From Myxococcales bacterium (GTDB taxonomy: Bacteria > Myxococcota_A > Polyangia > Polyangiales > Polyangiaceae): a stretch of DNA of 64,000 nt. The translations under genes were made by a program, and so were the position numbers. This document shows positions 38,737 to 47,733 of this stretch, in pieces. Positions within the stretch are counted from its first letter, which is position 1. Each line of letters opens with the position of its first letter. The stretch lies in assembly GCA_043747615.1 (NCBI GenBank), contig JAYTOU010000093.1:41339-105338 (forward strand), in the 5' to 3' direction. The notes under the pieces were generated by a model, which worked only from the letters and a program-made list of their open reading frames with translations, was not told the origin of the DNA and did not search any database.

Positions 38737-38880
38737 AGGAGCCTTCACGGTTCGCACGCGAGGACAGCAAGGGCCAAAAAAGCGGCGACCCGAGACGCCG
38801 TGCCCCACGGCGACGCCCATCGCGCAAGGAATCGTGGGAAACGCGGGTGGCGTAGTGCTTGCTCTTGCCTCCGAGACAGC

Positions 38881-39396
38881 ATGCGCCCCTTCGTCCTGTC
38901 GTTCGTACTCCTCGTGGGCTGTGGGTCGTCGGCGACGGTTCCTCTTCTCAGCGCCGCCGGTGCACCGCTCACGCTGACGCCGTTGCGGTCCGTCCCGCTC
39001 GAAGTCGTGACTCGAGGGACCGGCGTGCGCGACCCGATGCCCGTGGGTGGAACGAACGTGAAATACGCCGACGTGGAGACGGCGCTCGGCCTCGCTGTGT
39101 CGAGTGCCGCGGTCCCCTGGGCAGATCTGCATCGGGCACAGCGCCCTGGCGGCTGGCAGCTCTCCGTCGAGCTCATTCAGGCCGAGTCCGACTACCGTGA
39201 AGAACGACTCATCGTGACCCTTAGTGTGCGTGCGACACTACGCGCTCGGGACGGACATCAGTACCTCGCGCAGACGCAGGCCAGCTGCCGCCAGGCGGGA
39301 CTGGTCGCCGCGGAGGACGGAGCGCCCGTCATCTATTCCTGCATGTCGCGCGTGGGGCGTGACCTCGCTGGCTGGCTCGGAAGCGTCGAGCCGTAG
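38881..39396 (+). CDS. Hypothetical lipoprotein
   Basis: MRPFVLSFVLLVGC lipobox. Confidence 0.75.
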   Translation: MRPFVLSFVLLVGCGSSATVPLLSAAGAPLTLTPLRSVPLEVVTRGTGVRDPMPVGGTNVKYADVETALGLAVSSAAVPWADLHRAQRPGGWQLSVELIQAESDYREERLIVTLSVRATLRARDGHQYLAQTQASCRQAGLVAAEDGAPVIYSCMSRVGRDLAGWLGSVEP

Positions 39397-39437
39397 TTTT
39401 CTCCGAACCACAGACCTCGAAAGAGAAGGAGTAGATC

Positions 39438-40466
39438 ATGCGAACCTGGCTAATTTTGGCAGCATCGATGAGTGCCTCGCTTTGTACGGGCTGCTACGGG
39501 GAGACGATCGAGCCGGGGCACCGCGGCCTCTTCTTCGACCCGCGTAACGGCGGTTTGCAGCACGAGGTCCTCGCACCCGGCTACCACAAGGTCGGCCTGC
39601 ACGGACGCATCGACGACTTCGACGTCACGTACTCCACCAACAAAGAAGAGGTACGGACTACGTCCCAGGAGGGTCTCGCTCTCGCGTTGAAGGTGGCCAT
39701 TCGCTACCGCCCGGTAGTCGCCGAGCTCTACGAGCTCGATACGGAAGTCGGCCCGAACTACTACGAGGAGGTGGTGGGGCCCGAGTTTCGCAGCGCCGCG
39801 CGCGGTGTGTTTGCGCGTCACTCTTATCTGGACCTCCAGAAGAACAACGAGAAGCTCGAGGACGAAGTGGAGGCGGAGCTGCGCCGTCGGACGCAAGGCA
39901 AGCACGTCGAGATCAGCTCGATCACGCTCGAGTCAGTGGAGTATGCGCCGGAAATCATCAACGCGGTGCGCGCGAAATTGGTCGGCGAACAAGAGGCGAT
40001 CAAGCAGAAGGCCCAACTCGAGAACGAGTCGCTCCGGCGAAAGCTCGAGCTCGAGCGAGGCGCCGAACAAGAAAAGTTGAAGGCCGAGGCGGCGTTCCGC
40101 CAGAAGGAAAACGAGCGGGCGATCGCCGAGCAGCAGGCGCTGATCGACAAGGTGAAAGCCGAGAACGATGCGACGACGCGGGTGACCAAGGCGAGGGCCG
40201 AGGCCGAGGAAGTAAAGCTCATGGCCAAGGCCCATGCGGAGGAGCGAAAAGCGGCCGCGATCGGCCTCACGCCACTCGCCGTACAGATGCACGCCTACGA
40301 CGCCCTTGGTCAGCTCGGAGGAAATGGCACCACGATCTACCTGGGCGATTGGTCGCGAGCGCCGAACTTCCTCTTCCCACCGCTGATGGGAGCGTACGGC
40401 AGCCCAGTCCGCAATTCCTCGTTCCAGCCCGCCATCTCGAAAAAGGACGATACGCCCTATAAGTAG
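39438..40466 (+). CDS. SPFH/prohibitin (band 7) family protein, probable lipoprotein
   Basis: GAAGGAG RBS; lipobox CTGC; IEPGHRG, SPFH domain and an Ala/Glu coiled coil. Confidence 0.88.
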   Translation: MRTWLILAASMSASLCTGCYGETIEPGHRGLFFDPRNGGLQHEVLAPGYHKVGLHGRIDDFDVTYSTNKEEVRTTSQEGLALALKVAIRYRPVVAELYELDTEVGPNYYEEVVGPEFRSAARGVFARHSYLDLQKNNEKLEDEVEAELRRRTQGKHVEISSITLESVEYAPEIINAVRAKLVGEQEAIKQKAQLENESLRRKLELERGAEQEKLKAEAAFRQKENERAIAEQQALIDKVKAENDATTRVTKARAEAEEVKLMAKAHAEERKAAAIGLTPLAVQMHAYDALGQLGGNGTTIYLGDWSRAPNFLFPPLMGAYGSPVRNSSFQPAISKKDDTPYK

Positions 40467-40508
40467 CCCCGAACGCCGCGCATCACGCACGAAACGGCTC
40501 AGCATCCC

Positions 40509-40555
40509 TTGTCATCGGTAATGCCGTGCCTATAGTGACCGGCCAGTCAATTATA
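40509..40555 (+). promoter_or_regulatory. Promoter and TetR-type operator of the efflux operon
   Basis: TTGTCA (40509)-16 nt-TATAGT (40531), overlapped by the near-perfect palindrome TGACCGGCCAGTCA (40536-40549). Confidence 0.7.
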
Positions 40556-40565
40556 GGGGGTTTCG

Positions 40566-41228
40566 ATGGCACGCCTGCCGGATCTGACGGCCAAGATTTC
40601 GCTTCTCCGCGCCGCGGAAGAAGTATTTTTCGAGAAGGGCTTGGCCGCCGCGAAGGTCGAGGAGATCACGCGCCGAGCCCGGCTCTCGAAGGGAGCGTTC
40701 TATCTCCACTTCGACAGCAAGGAGGAGGCTTTCCGCCAGCTCGTCGAGTCCTTCCTTGCGCATTTGAGCAGCACTCTTCGCCCACCGAGCGACTACTCGA
40801 CGCTCCCCCGAACGCCCGCCGACGTCCTGCAGTTCTGTCTGGATCGCGACACCCAGACGTTCGAGCTCCTGTGGCAAAATAGGGCGATCGTCTCGATCTT
40901 GGGCAGCTGCCACGGGCCTCACGTGTACCTGATGGAGACCTTCCGCAAGGACGTGGAAGTGCACTCGCGCGCCTGGTTCGCGATCTGGCAGGAGATGGGT
41001 CTTTTCCGGACGGACCTCGACGGCGACATCATCGCGACCCTGATGTGTGGCGCGTACCACGAGCTCGTCCACCGGATGCTCGCGTCGCCGAAGAAGCCGC
41101 CGCTCGTCGAGTGGCTCCGGCAGGCGCAGGGCGCGTTCGTCCAAGGCCTCGGCACGCCCGCGCTGACCCAGGCCATCCACCGCGCCGCAAGGCGGGTGCG
41201 CAGCGCACGGAAAGACAGGGAGAGCTGA
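40566..41228 (+). CDS. TetR/AcrR family transcriptional regulator
   Basis: HTH 'AAEEVFFEKG...VEEITRRARLSKGAFYLHFDSKEE'. Confidence 0.93.
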   Translation: MARLPDLTAKISLLRAAEEVFFEKGLAAAKVEEITRRARLSKGAFYLHFDSKEEAFRQLVESFLAHLSSTLRPPSDYSTLPRTPADVLQFCLDRDTQTFELLWQNRAIVSILGSCHGPHVYLMETFRKDVEVHSRAWFAIWQEMGLFRTDLDGDIIATLMCGAYHELVHRMLASPKKPPLVEWLRQAQGAFVQGLGTPALTQAIHRAARRVRSARKDRES

Positions 41229-42430
41229 TGAACGCACTCGATGCAAAGGGCGCCGATTCCTCCGATCCGCCGTCGCCGGTGATGCAGGCCCCGCCGCACA
41301 CGCCTGCAGCAGGTACGCGGGTGGCGATGCTGATCGGCATTCTCGCCTCGCTCACGCTTGCCGGCTTCCTCGGGCTCCGCGTGAAGCAAGCGCTCGACAA
41401 GCGCGAGGCGCTCGCGGGGGAGCGTACGCACGCCCAAGTCGTGGCTGCCGAGAAGCCCGCAATGCTGATCATCAGCCCGGTCGCGACCATGTACCGTCCG
41501 CGCATCGAGGTCACTGGGACGCTTCGGCCGTGGCGCGACGCGGATGTGGGCTTCGAGCTCGGCGGTCGACTGGTGAGCCTCCAAGTGGCGACGGGACAGA
41601 TCGTAAAAACGGGCCAAACGCTGGCCGTGCTCGATGGCAACGGGGCCGCGGCGCAGGTCAGTCAGGCCGAAGCGGCGAGCCATGTCCAAGAGGCGCAGCT
41701 CGCGCTGGCCGAGGACAACCTCCGTCGCACCGAGGCGCTTGTGGCCTCACGATCGATCCCCGAGGCCCAAGCCGAGCAGGCACGCCAGCAGGTGAAGCTC
41801 GCGCGAGCACAGCTCGAAGGCGCTGGAGCCTCGGCGCGGCTGGCGCGAACGGGTCAGGGAAATCGCTCCATCGTCGCTCCCTTCGAGGGACTGGTGACGA
41901 AGGCACCCACGGCGGCGGGCGGCGTGGTGCAACCCGGTGCGGCGCTCGTGCACATCGAGGATCTGTCGCGCCTCCGTCTGAGTGCCAGCGTGGGAGAAGA
42001 TGACGCGCTCCTCGTCAAGCTGGGCGCGCCGGTGAACGTGGCTACTCGTGACCGGTCGGTCATTGGTCGGATCTCGGCGATCATTCCCTCGCTCGATCAG
42101 GCCACACGGCGCGCTCCCATCGAAGTGGAAGTGCCGAACGATCCCAAGGCGCCTCTCTTGGCCTGGAGCTTCGTGCACGCCGCAGTCGAAGGCGGGGCAG
42201 AGGTGCCGGCCCTTCGCATCCCGGCAACGGCTCGGCGGCCTGGCTCGCAGAGCGAGGTCATCAGGCTGGTCGACGGACACGCTCACATTGTCCGGGTCGT
42301 TCGTGCGGTCGGTCCCGACGGTGCGTGGTTGGTGCGCGACGGCCTTACCGCCAACGACGTGATCCTCGCGGCGCCGGACGGAGACGTGAAAGAGGGAGAC
42401 GCCATCGAGAAGACGGAGCTCGCGAAGTGA
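41228..42430 (+). CDS. RND efflux periplasmic adaptor (membrane fusion protein)
   Basis: TM anchor, lipoyl halves (GQIVKTGQTLA; IVAPFEG) and an alpha-hairpin; TGATG overlap with tetR. Confidence 0.9.
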   Translation: MNALDAKGADSSDPPSPVMQAPPHTPAAGTRVAMLIGILASLTLAGFLGLRVKQALDKREALAGERTHAQVVAAEKPAMLIISPVATMYRPRIEVTGTLRPWRDADVGFELGGRLVSLQVATGQIVKTGQTLAVLDGNGAAAQVSQAEAASHVQEAQLALAEDNLRRTEALVASRSIPEAQAEQARQQVKLARAQLEGAGASARLARTGQGNRSIVAPFEGLVTKAPTAAGGVVQPGAALVHIEDLSRLRLSASVGEDDALLVKLGAPVNVATRDRSVIGRISAIIPSLDQATRRAPIEVEVPNDPKAPLLAWSFVHAAVEGGAEVPALRIPATARRPGSQSEVIRLVDGHAHIVRVVRAVGPDGAWLVRDGLTANDVILAAPDGDVKEGDAIEKTELAK

Positions 42431-42485
42431 ACCGCCTTGCTACCAGCCACGGGTCGATCCAAGTCGGGGAAGGCCGGAGGCAGAA

Positions 42486-45400
42486 GTGAATATCTCCGCG
42501 ATCGCGATCCGCCGGCCGGTGTTCACCGTGATGGTGACCCTGGCCCTGATGGTGTTCGGGCTTCTCGGGCTCTCTCGCCTCGGGACGGATCTCTTTCCCG
42601 ACGTCACCTTCCCGTTCGTCTCGGTGAACATCGCCTACCCCGGCGCGTCTCCGAGCGAGGTGGAAGCCCTTGTTTCCAAGCCGATCGAGGATGCGGTGGT
42701 CTCCCTCAACGGGATCGATCGCGTACGCACGTATTCGCGCGAAGGGCTCTCCACCACCTTCGTGATCTTCAAGCTGGGGGTCGACATCCAGGAAGCGGCG
42801 AACCTCGTTCGCGAGCGCGTCGCACAGACGCGCTTCAAGCTGCCGCAGGAAGTAAAAGAGCCCGCCGTCACCCGCTTGGACGTCAGCGCGGCGCCGGTCC
42901 TCACGTACACGCTGAGCGGCGGCGGAATGTCCCTGGCCGAGACGGCGAAGTTCGCGCGCGACGTCCTCCGGCCTTCGCTCGAGCAGGTCGACGGCGTGGC
43001 CGCGCTCCAGGTTCACGGAGGGCCCGAGCGGGAGGTGCACGTCGATCTGAACCTCGCGAAGGTCGACGGCCTCCATCTCTCCCCGCCTCTGATTTTGGAG
43101 CAATTGAAGGCGCAGAACCTCACCGTTCCCGCCGGTCACTTCGACGAAGGTGCGCGTGAGATCACCGTGCGTACCGTCGGCGAGTTCAAGACCGTGGACG
43201 AGATTCGCAGCCTCATCGTCGCCACCGGGCCCGACGGCTCGAGCGTGCGCCTCTCGGACATCGCCGAGGTGGACGACGGCTTCGAGGAGATGCGCACCCG
43301 GATCCGCTCGAATGGCGAATCCGCCGTCTCTTTCGAAGTGGTGAAGCAGTCGGGTCAGAACACGGTGGCCATCTGCGACTCGGTGAAGGCCAAGCTCGCC
43401 AAGATACAGCAGACCTTCCCGCCCGGAGTACGCACCAATCTGATCATCGATCAATCGCGATTCATTCGCGTGAATACCCACGAAGTCGAAGTGTCGATTT
43501 TCTTTGGTGGGGCGATGGCTATCCTCGTCATCTTGCTTTTCATGCTCGATATCCGGTCGACCTTGATCAGCTCGGTGGCGCTTCCGACGAGCGTGATCTC
43601 TACTTTCTTCGTGATGTACCTGCTGCATTTCAGTTTGAACATGATGACTCTTCTCGGTTTGAGCCTGGCCATCGGTCTGCTCATCGACGACGCGGTGGTC
43701 GTGCGGGAGAACATCTCGAAGCATCTCGAGCGCGGAGAGGATCCACGCACCGCAGCTCTTGAGGGGACGAAAGAAATCTCACTCAGCGTTCTTGCCACCA
43801 CCCTCACCGTGGTCGCGGTGTTCGTGCCGGTGGCCTTCATGAGCGGGATCGTCGGGCAGTTCTTCCGGCAATTCGGGCTGACCATCGTCGCGGCCGTGCT
43901 CATGAGCCTGTTCGTCGCGTTCACGCTCGACCCCATGCTCTCGAGCCGTTTCTCGAAGGCCCACCGCCCCGGTGAGAAGGTCCCGTTCGCGCGGCTGAAG
44001 GCTCCGTTCCAAGCCGCCTTCGCGGCGATGGACTCGATCTACCGCGCGGTGCTTGGGTGGACCGTGAAGCACAAGCTCGTCGTCGGTGGCCTCGCCGTTC
44101 TCTCTCTCGTCTTGATGGCGCAGGTCGGAAAGCTGATGGGGAGCGACTTCGTGAACCCCGAAGATCGCGGTCAGTTCGTGGTCGACCTGGAGCTCCCAGC
44201 CGGGACCAAGCTCGACGAGACCGCGCGGATCGCGCTGGCCGGCGAGCGAAAGCTCCTTGAAAACAAGCACGTTCTTACGGTGCTCTCCACGCTCGGCCCC
44301 GACGGGGACTCCAACAAAGTGAAATGGCGCGTGGTCACGGTGCCGAAGAGTGAGCGTGTCGAGGGAATCGTCACGCTGAAGAACGAGGCCCGAGAGATCG
44401 GTCATGGCCTCCCTGGTGCCCTCATCACGGTCTCCGATCCCCCGTTCGTTGAAGGTGCCGCGACGGAAGCGCCGATCATGGTGCAGGTCCGAGCGCCGAC
44501 CTACGAGGAGCTCGAGCCGCTCGCGCGTCAGTTCACGAGCGCGCTCAAGTCCATCCCCGGCGTGCAGGACGTGCAGATGAAGTACAGCCCTGGCCGCCCC
44601 GAGCTCCGCATCGGGATCGATCGCGACAAGGCGGCGCGCGCGGACATTCCCGTTGCTCAGGTGGCGATGACCATCCGGGCCTCGATCGAAGGGGACGAGG
44701 CTGGCAAGCTCCGGCAGGGCAAGGACGAGATCCCGATCCGGGTGCGCCTCGGGCAGACCGATCGCGCCACGATGGAAGACGTGCTTCATATGACCGTGTG
44801 GTCACCTAAAGGGCCGATGGCCCTCGAAGACCTTGCCAAGGTCGAGCGCGGCGAAGGGCCGAACGTCATCGAGCGTGAGGACCGAGAGCGGCAGATCGTG
44901 ATCTGGGCCTTTCCGATCAACCGCGCGCTCGGGGAGATCGTTCCGGAGATGAACGCGGCGTTCGAGAAGATCAAGCTTCCGCCGGGTGGGAGCGTCCACC
45001 TCGACGGGCAGGTGAAGCAGATGAACGAGACCAACGGCTCGATGGGCCTCGCCCTCGGCCTCGCAGTGGTCTTCATCTACATCGTCCTCGCCTCGCAGTT
45101 CGAGAGCTTCATTCACCCCTTCACGATCATGCTCACCCTGCCGCTCGCCCTCGTGGGGGCGATCGTCGCGCTCTTCCTGGCGAAGACCACGATGGCCATG
45201 GGCGCCATGATCGGGATCATCCTTCTCATGGGACTGGTGACGAAGAACGCGATTCTTCTTCTTGATCGCGCGCTCGTGCGGGTGCGTGAGCACGGCGAGA
45301 CGCCGCTGCAAGCGATCCTCGAAGCCGGTCCGGATCGCCTTCGGCCGATCCTCATGACGAGCGCGGCGATGATCCTCGGCATGCTTCCGACTGCGCTGTC

Positions 45401-45593
45401 GAACGGCGAAGGAAGCGAGTTCCGCGCGCCGATGGCCATCGCTGTCATCGGCGGCGTCATCAGCTCGACCTTGCTCTCCCTCATCGTGGTGCCCGCATTT
45501 TACCTGGGCATGGAGGGCGCCAAGAAGCGCATCAGCGGATGGCTTGGATTGAAGCCGTCCGCGCCGGAGCCCATCGGCGAACCTGCGGAGTAG
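42486..45593 (+). CDS. RND efflux permease (AcrB/D/F family)
   Basis: IRRPVF start; proton relay GLLIDDAVVVREN, KNAILL, RLRPILMT; 1035 aa. Confidence 0.96.
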   Translation: MNISAIAIRRPVFTVMVTLALMVFGLLGLSRLGTDLFPDVTFPFVSVNIAYPGASPSEVEALVSKPIEDAVVSLNGIDRVRTYSREGLSTTFVIFKLGVDIQEAANLVRERVAQTRFKLPQEVKEPAVTRLDVSAAPVLTYTLSGGGMSLAETAKFARDVLRPSLEQVDGVAALQVHGGPEREVHVDLNLAKVDGLHLSPPLILEQLKAQNLTVPAGHFDEGAREITVRTVGEFKTVDEIRSLIVATGPDGSSVRLSDIAEVDDGFEEMRTRIRSNGESAVSFEVVKQSGQNTVAICDSVKAKLAKIQQTFPPGVRTNLIIDQSRFIRVNTHEVEVSIFFGGAMAILVILLFMLDIRSTLISSVALPTSVISTFFVMYLLHFSLNMMTLLGLSLAIGLLIDDAVVVRENISKHLERGEDPRTAALEGTKEISLSVLATTLTVVAVFVPVAFMSGIVGQFFRQFGLTIVAAVLMSLFVAFTLDPMLSSRFSKAHRPGEKVPFARLKAPFQAAFAAMDSIYRAVLGWTVKHKLVVGGLAVLSLVLMAQVGKLMGSDFVNPEDRGQFVVDLELPAGTKLDETARIALAGERKLLENKHVLTVLSTLGPDGDSNKVKWRVVTVPKSERVEGIVTLKNEAREIGHGLPGALITVSDPPFVEGAATEAPIMVQVRAPTYEELEPLARQFTSALKSIPGVQDVQMKYSPGRPELRIGIDRDKAARADIPVAQVAMTIRASIEGDEAGKLRQGKDEIPIRVRLGQTDRATMEDVLHMTVWSPKGPMALEDLAKVERGEGPNVIEREDRERQIVIWAFPINRALGEIVPEMNAAFEKIKLPPGGSVHLDGQVKQMNETNGSMGLALGLAVVFIYIVLASQFESFIHPFTIMLTLPLALVGAIVALFLAKTTMAMGAMIGIILLMGLVTKNAILLLDRALVRVREHGETPLQAILEAGPDRLRPILMTSAAMILGMLPTALSNGEGSEFRAPMAIAVIGGVISSTLLSLIVVPAFYLGMEGAKKRISGWLGLKPSAPEPIGEPAE

Positions 45594-46232
45594 TCACACC
45601 CGATAGCGGACTGCGCGTCTGCCGCTGCCGGCGCTCGGCAAGGTGTACGACGCGTCCTCTTCTAGGCTCGTCTCTCCCTGGTCCGGCGGGGCATCGCGGG
45701 CGAGAAGCACCCAGACGTCGCCGCCGGGGCGAACCAAACGCGTACCAAGCGCGAGCCACTCCGACGGTGACAGCGTCGCGCGCGAGACGGCTACGTCGAA
45801 GGCGTTCGGGGACTGCGTGACCAATTGATCGCCCTTCATGCGCTGGATGGTCACGTCGAGGCGATCGAGGTGACCCAGGCAGGTGCGGAGAAACGCAGTC
45901 CTCTTGGCCAGCGGTTCGACGAGGGTGACCCGCAAGTCAGGACGGACGATCGCGAGAGCGAGACCGGGCGCGCCGGCCCCTACTCCGACGTCGACGACCT
46001 GGGCAGCCTGAGGAATACGTGCCGAGAGCACCAAGGCATCGGCGAGCATGAGCTCGAGAAGCTCCACCTGGGAGCGCGCGGCCGTGAGATCGAGCTTCGC
46101 ATTCCAGAGCACGAGCAGGTCGAGCCAGGCGCAGATGGCCCGCGTAGCATCCTGCGTGAGGCTCACGGAGAAGTGCGCGGCCACGGGACCAAGCGGCCAC
46201 GTGTTTCCCATCGGACGCAAATCGGCGACCAT
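45594..46232 (-). CDS. rsmG: 16S rRNA (guanine(527)-N7)-methyltransferase RsmG/GidB
   Basis: WNAKLDLTA, DVGVGAGAPG, LVEP..KR..FL, SRA. Start uncertain. Confidence 0.85.
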   Translation of the reverse strand: MVADLRPMGNTWPLGPVAAHFSVSLTQDATRAICAWLDLLVLWNAKLDLTAARSQVELLELMLADALVLSARIPQAAQVVDVGVGAGAPGLALAIVRPDLRVTLVEPLAKRTAFLRTCLGHLDRLDVTIQRMKGDQLVTQSPNAFDVAVSRATLSPSEWLALGTRLVRPGGDVWVLLARDAPPDQGETSLEEDASYTLPSAGSGRRAVRYRV

Positions 46233-46262
46233 TTTCAGCGGGTGTGATAGCACGCACCGCAC

Positions 46263-47297
46263 ATGGCCGACCTGGACTTCCTACCTCTGAGCGAGCTCGT
46301 CCTGAAGGTTGAGAGAGACGCTTCGTTTTCCCGGACGGAGATGCCGGGCGGCGCCTCTACGCGCAGGTACTTTCGGATCGCTTTTTCGTCCGGGAAGAGC
46401 GCAGTCGCCATGTTCGTCCCTGAAGGCGGGAAGCCCGAGGAGATTCACAAGGCTGCGGAGCACCGGCGCTGGCCCTTTCTCGAGGTGCGTGAGCTCCTTG
46501 CGTCGTGCGGCGTCGATGTGCCCCGCATCCTCGCGGAGGACACCGATCGAGGCTGGCTACTGCTCGAAGATCTGGGCGACGACACCCTGGCCAACGTCCT
46601 CAGCGCGTACCCTGCAAGGAAAGCTGCACTCTACACGCAAGCCGTGACCGACCTCGCTCGCGCCCAGGCGCGCCTCTCGACTCTCCCCGACGACTGCGTG
46701 GTGAAGACGCGCTCCTTCGACGACGACCTCCTCCGTTTGGAGATCGATCATTTTCGGGAGTGGGGCCTCGATGCCCGCGGGAAATCGCTAGGTCCGAGCG
46801 ATCGGGCGCTCTTCGACGGCATCGCCTCGCGACTCGCCAAGCGCATCTCCGCCCTTCCTTATGGCTTCACACACCGCGATTACCAGTCACGCAACCTGAT
46901 GGTGCGCCCCTCGGGTGCGCTCACGTGGATTGATTTTCAGGACGCCCTCCTCGGACCGCGGGTCTACGATCTCGTCGCCCTTCTCAACGACAGCTACCAG
47001 GAGTTCGATCGCCCCTTCGTCGAAGCGAGGCTCGACGAGTTCGCCGCCACGGCGAAGCTCTCGCCCACGGAACGCGAGGCGTTGGAGCTCCAGTTCGATC
47101 TCGTCACCGTGCAGCGAAAATTGAAAGATGCTGGCCGCTTCGTCTTCATCGATCGCGTCAAGCAGAACGCATCGTTCTTGCGCTTCGTCTCGCCCACCGT
47201 CGCCAAGGTGAAGTCGGCGCTCACCCGACTCTCGGCGCGTGACGAAGACATGAGCGCGCTCGGCGAAATCCTCGCCCGCGTCCTCCCAGACGAGTAG
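46263..47297 (+). CDS. amgK: Aminoglycoside-phosphotransferase-family kinase, AmgK-like (MurNAc/GlcNAc anomeric kinase)
   Basis: GASTRRYFR, LLEDLGD, HRDYQSRNLM, IDFQDA..GP..YDL, QRKLK..GRF. Confidence 0.7.
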   Translation: MADLDFLPLSELVLKVERDASFSRTEMPGGASTRRYFRIAFSSGKSAVAMFVPEGGKPEEIHKAAEHRRWPFLEVRELLASCGVDVPRILAEDTDRGWLLLEDLGDDTLANVLSAYPARKAALYTQAVTDLARAQARLSTLPDDCVVKTRSFDDDLLRLEIDHFREWGLDARGKSLGPSDRALFDGIASRLAKRISALPYGFTHRDYQSRNLMVRPSGALTWIDFQDALLGPRVYDLVALLNDSYQEFDRPFVEARLDEFAATAKLSPTEREALELQFDLVTVQRKLKDAGRFVFIDRVKQNASFLRFVSPTVAKVKSALTRLSARDEDMSALGEILARVLPDE

Positions 47298-47329
47298 CCA
47301 AAGTTCAAACGTCGAGTAGGATGGCGCCC

Positions 47330-47713
47330 ATGAATACACGTGCGTACGCCGTTGCTCTTGCCTGCACCTGCCTGTTGGCGTGCTCGTCGTCCACGCCCGC
47401 CAATAAGGCGCCGGTCATCGATGTCGTGGATATGCCGGCCACCGCAATGGGGACGAATGGCAACTACGTCATCCAGGGATCAATCACGTTTCACGACGAC
47501 GACGACACCGTAAACCAACTTCGTCTCGAAGCCGACGGCGCACAAAGCGCGCCCCCGAGCACGTTTCCGCAACCGGCCACGATGGGGAAGGCGCCGCTCG
47601 CCCTTACGTTCACCGGCGCGACGCCCGGCCTGGTCCTCAACTACCGAATCAGCGTGATCGATTCGCGCGGGCTCGAGAGCGCGAAGACCATGAAGACGGT
47701 CACCCTCCAGTAG
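47330..47713 (+). CDS. Hypothetical lipoprotein (Ig-like)
   Basis: Lipobox LLAC, NKAPVI, beta-rich; start is 47321 or 47330. Confidence 0.7.
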   Translation: MNTRAYAVALACTCLLACSSSTPANKAPVIDVVDMPATAMGTNGNYVIQGSITFHDDDDTVNQLRLEADGAQSAPPSTFPQPATMGKAPLALTFTGATPGLVLNYRISVIDSRGLESAKTMKTVTLQ

Positions 47714-47733
47714 CGCGGTCCACAAGAAGATCG

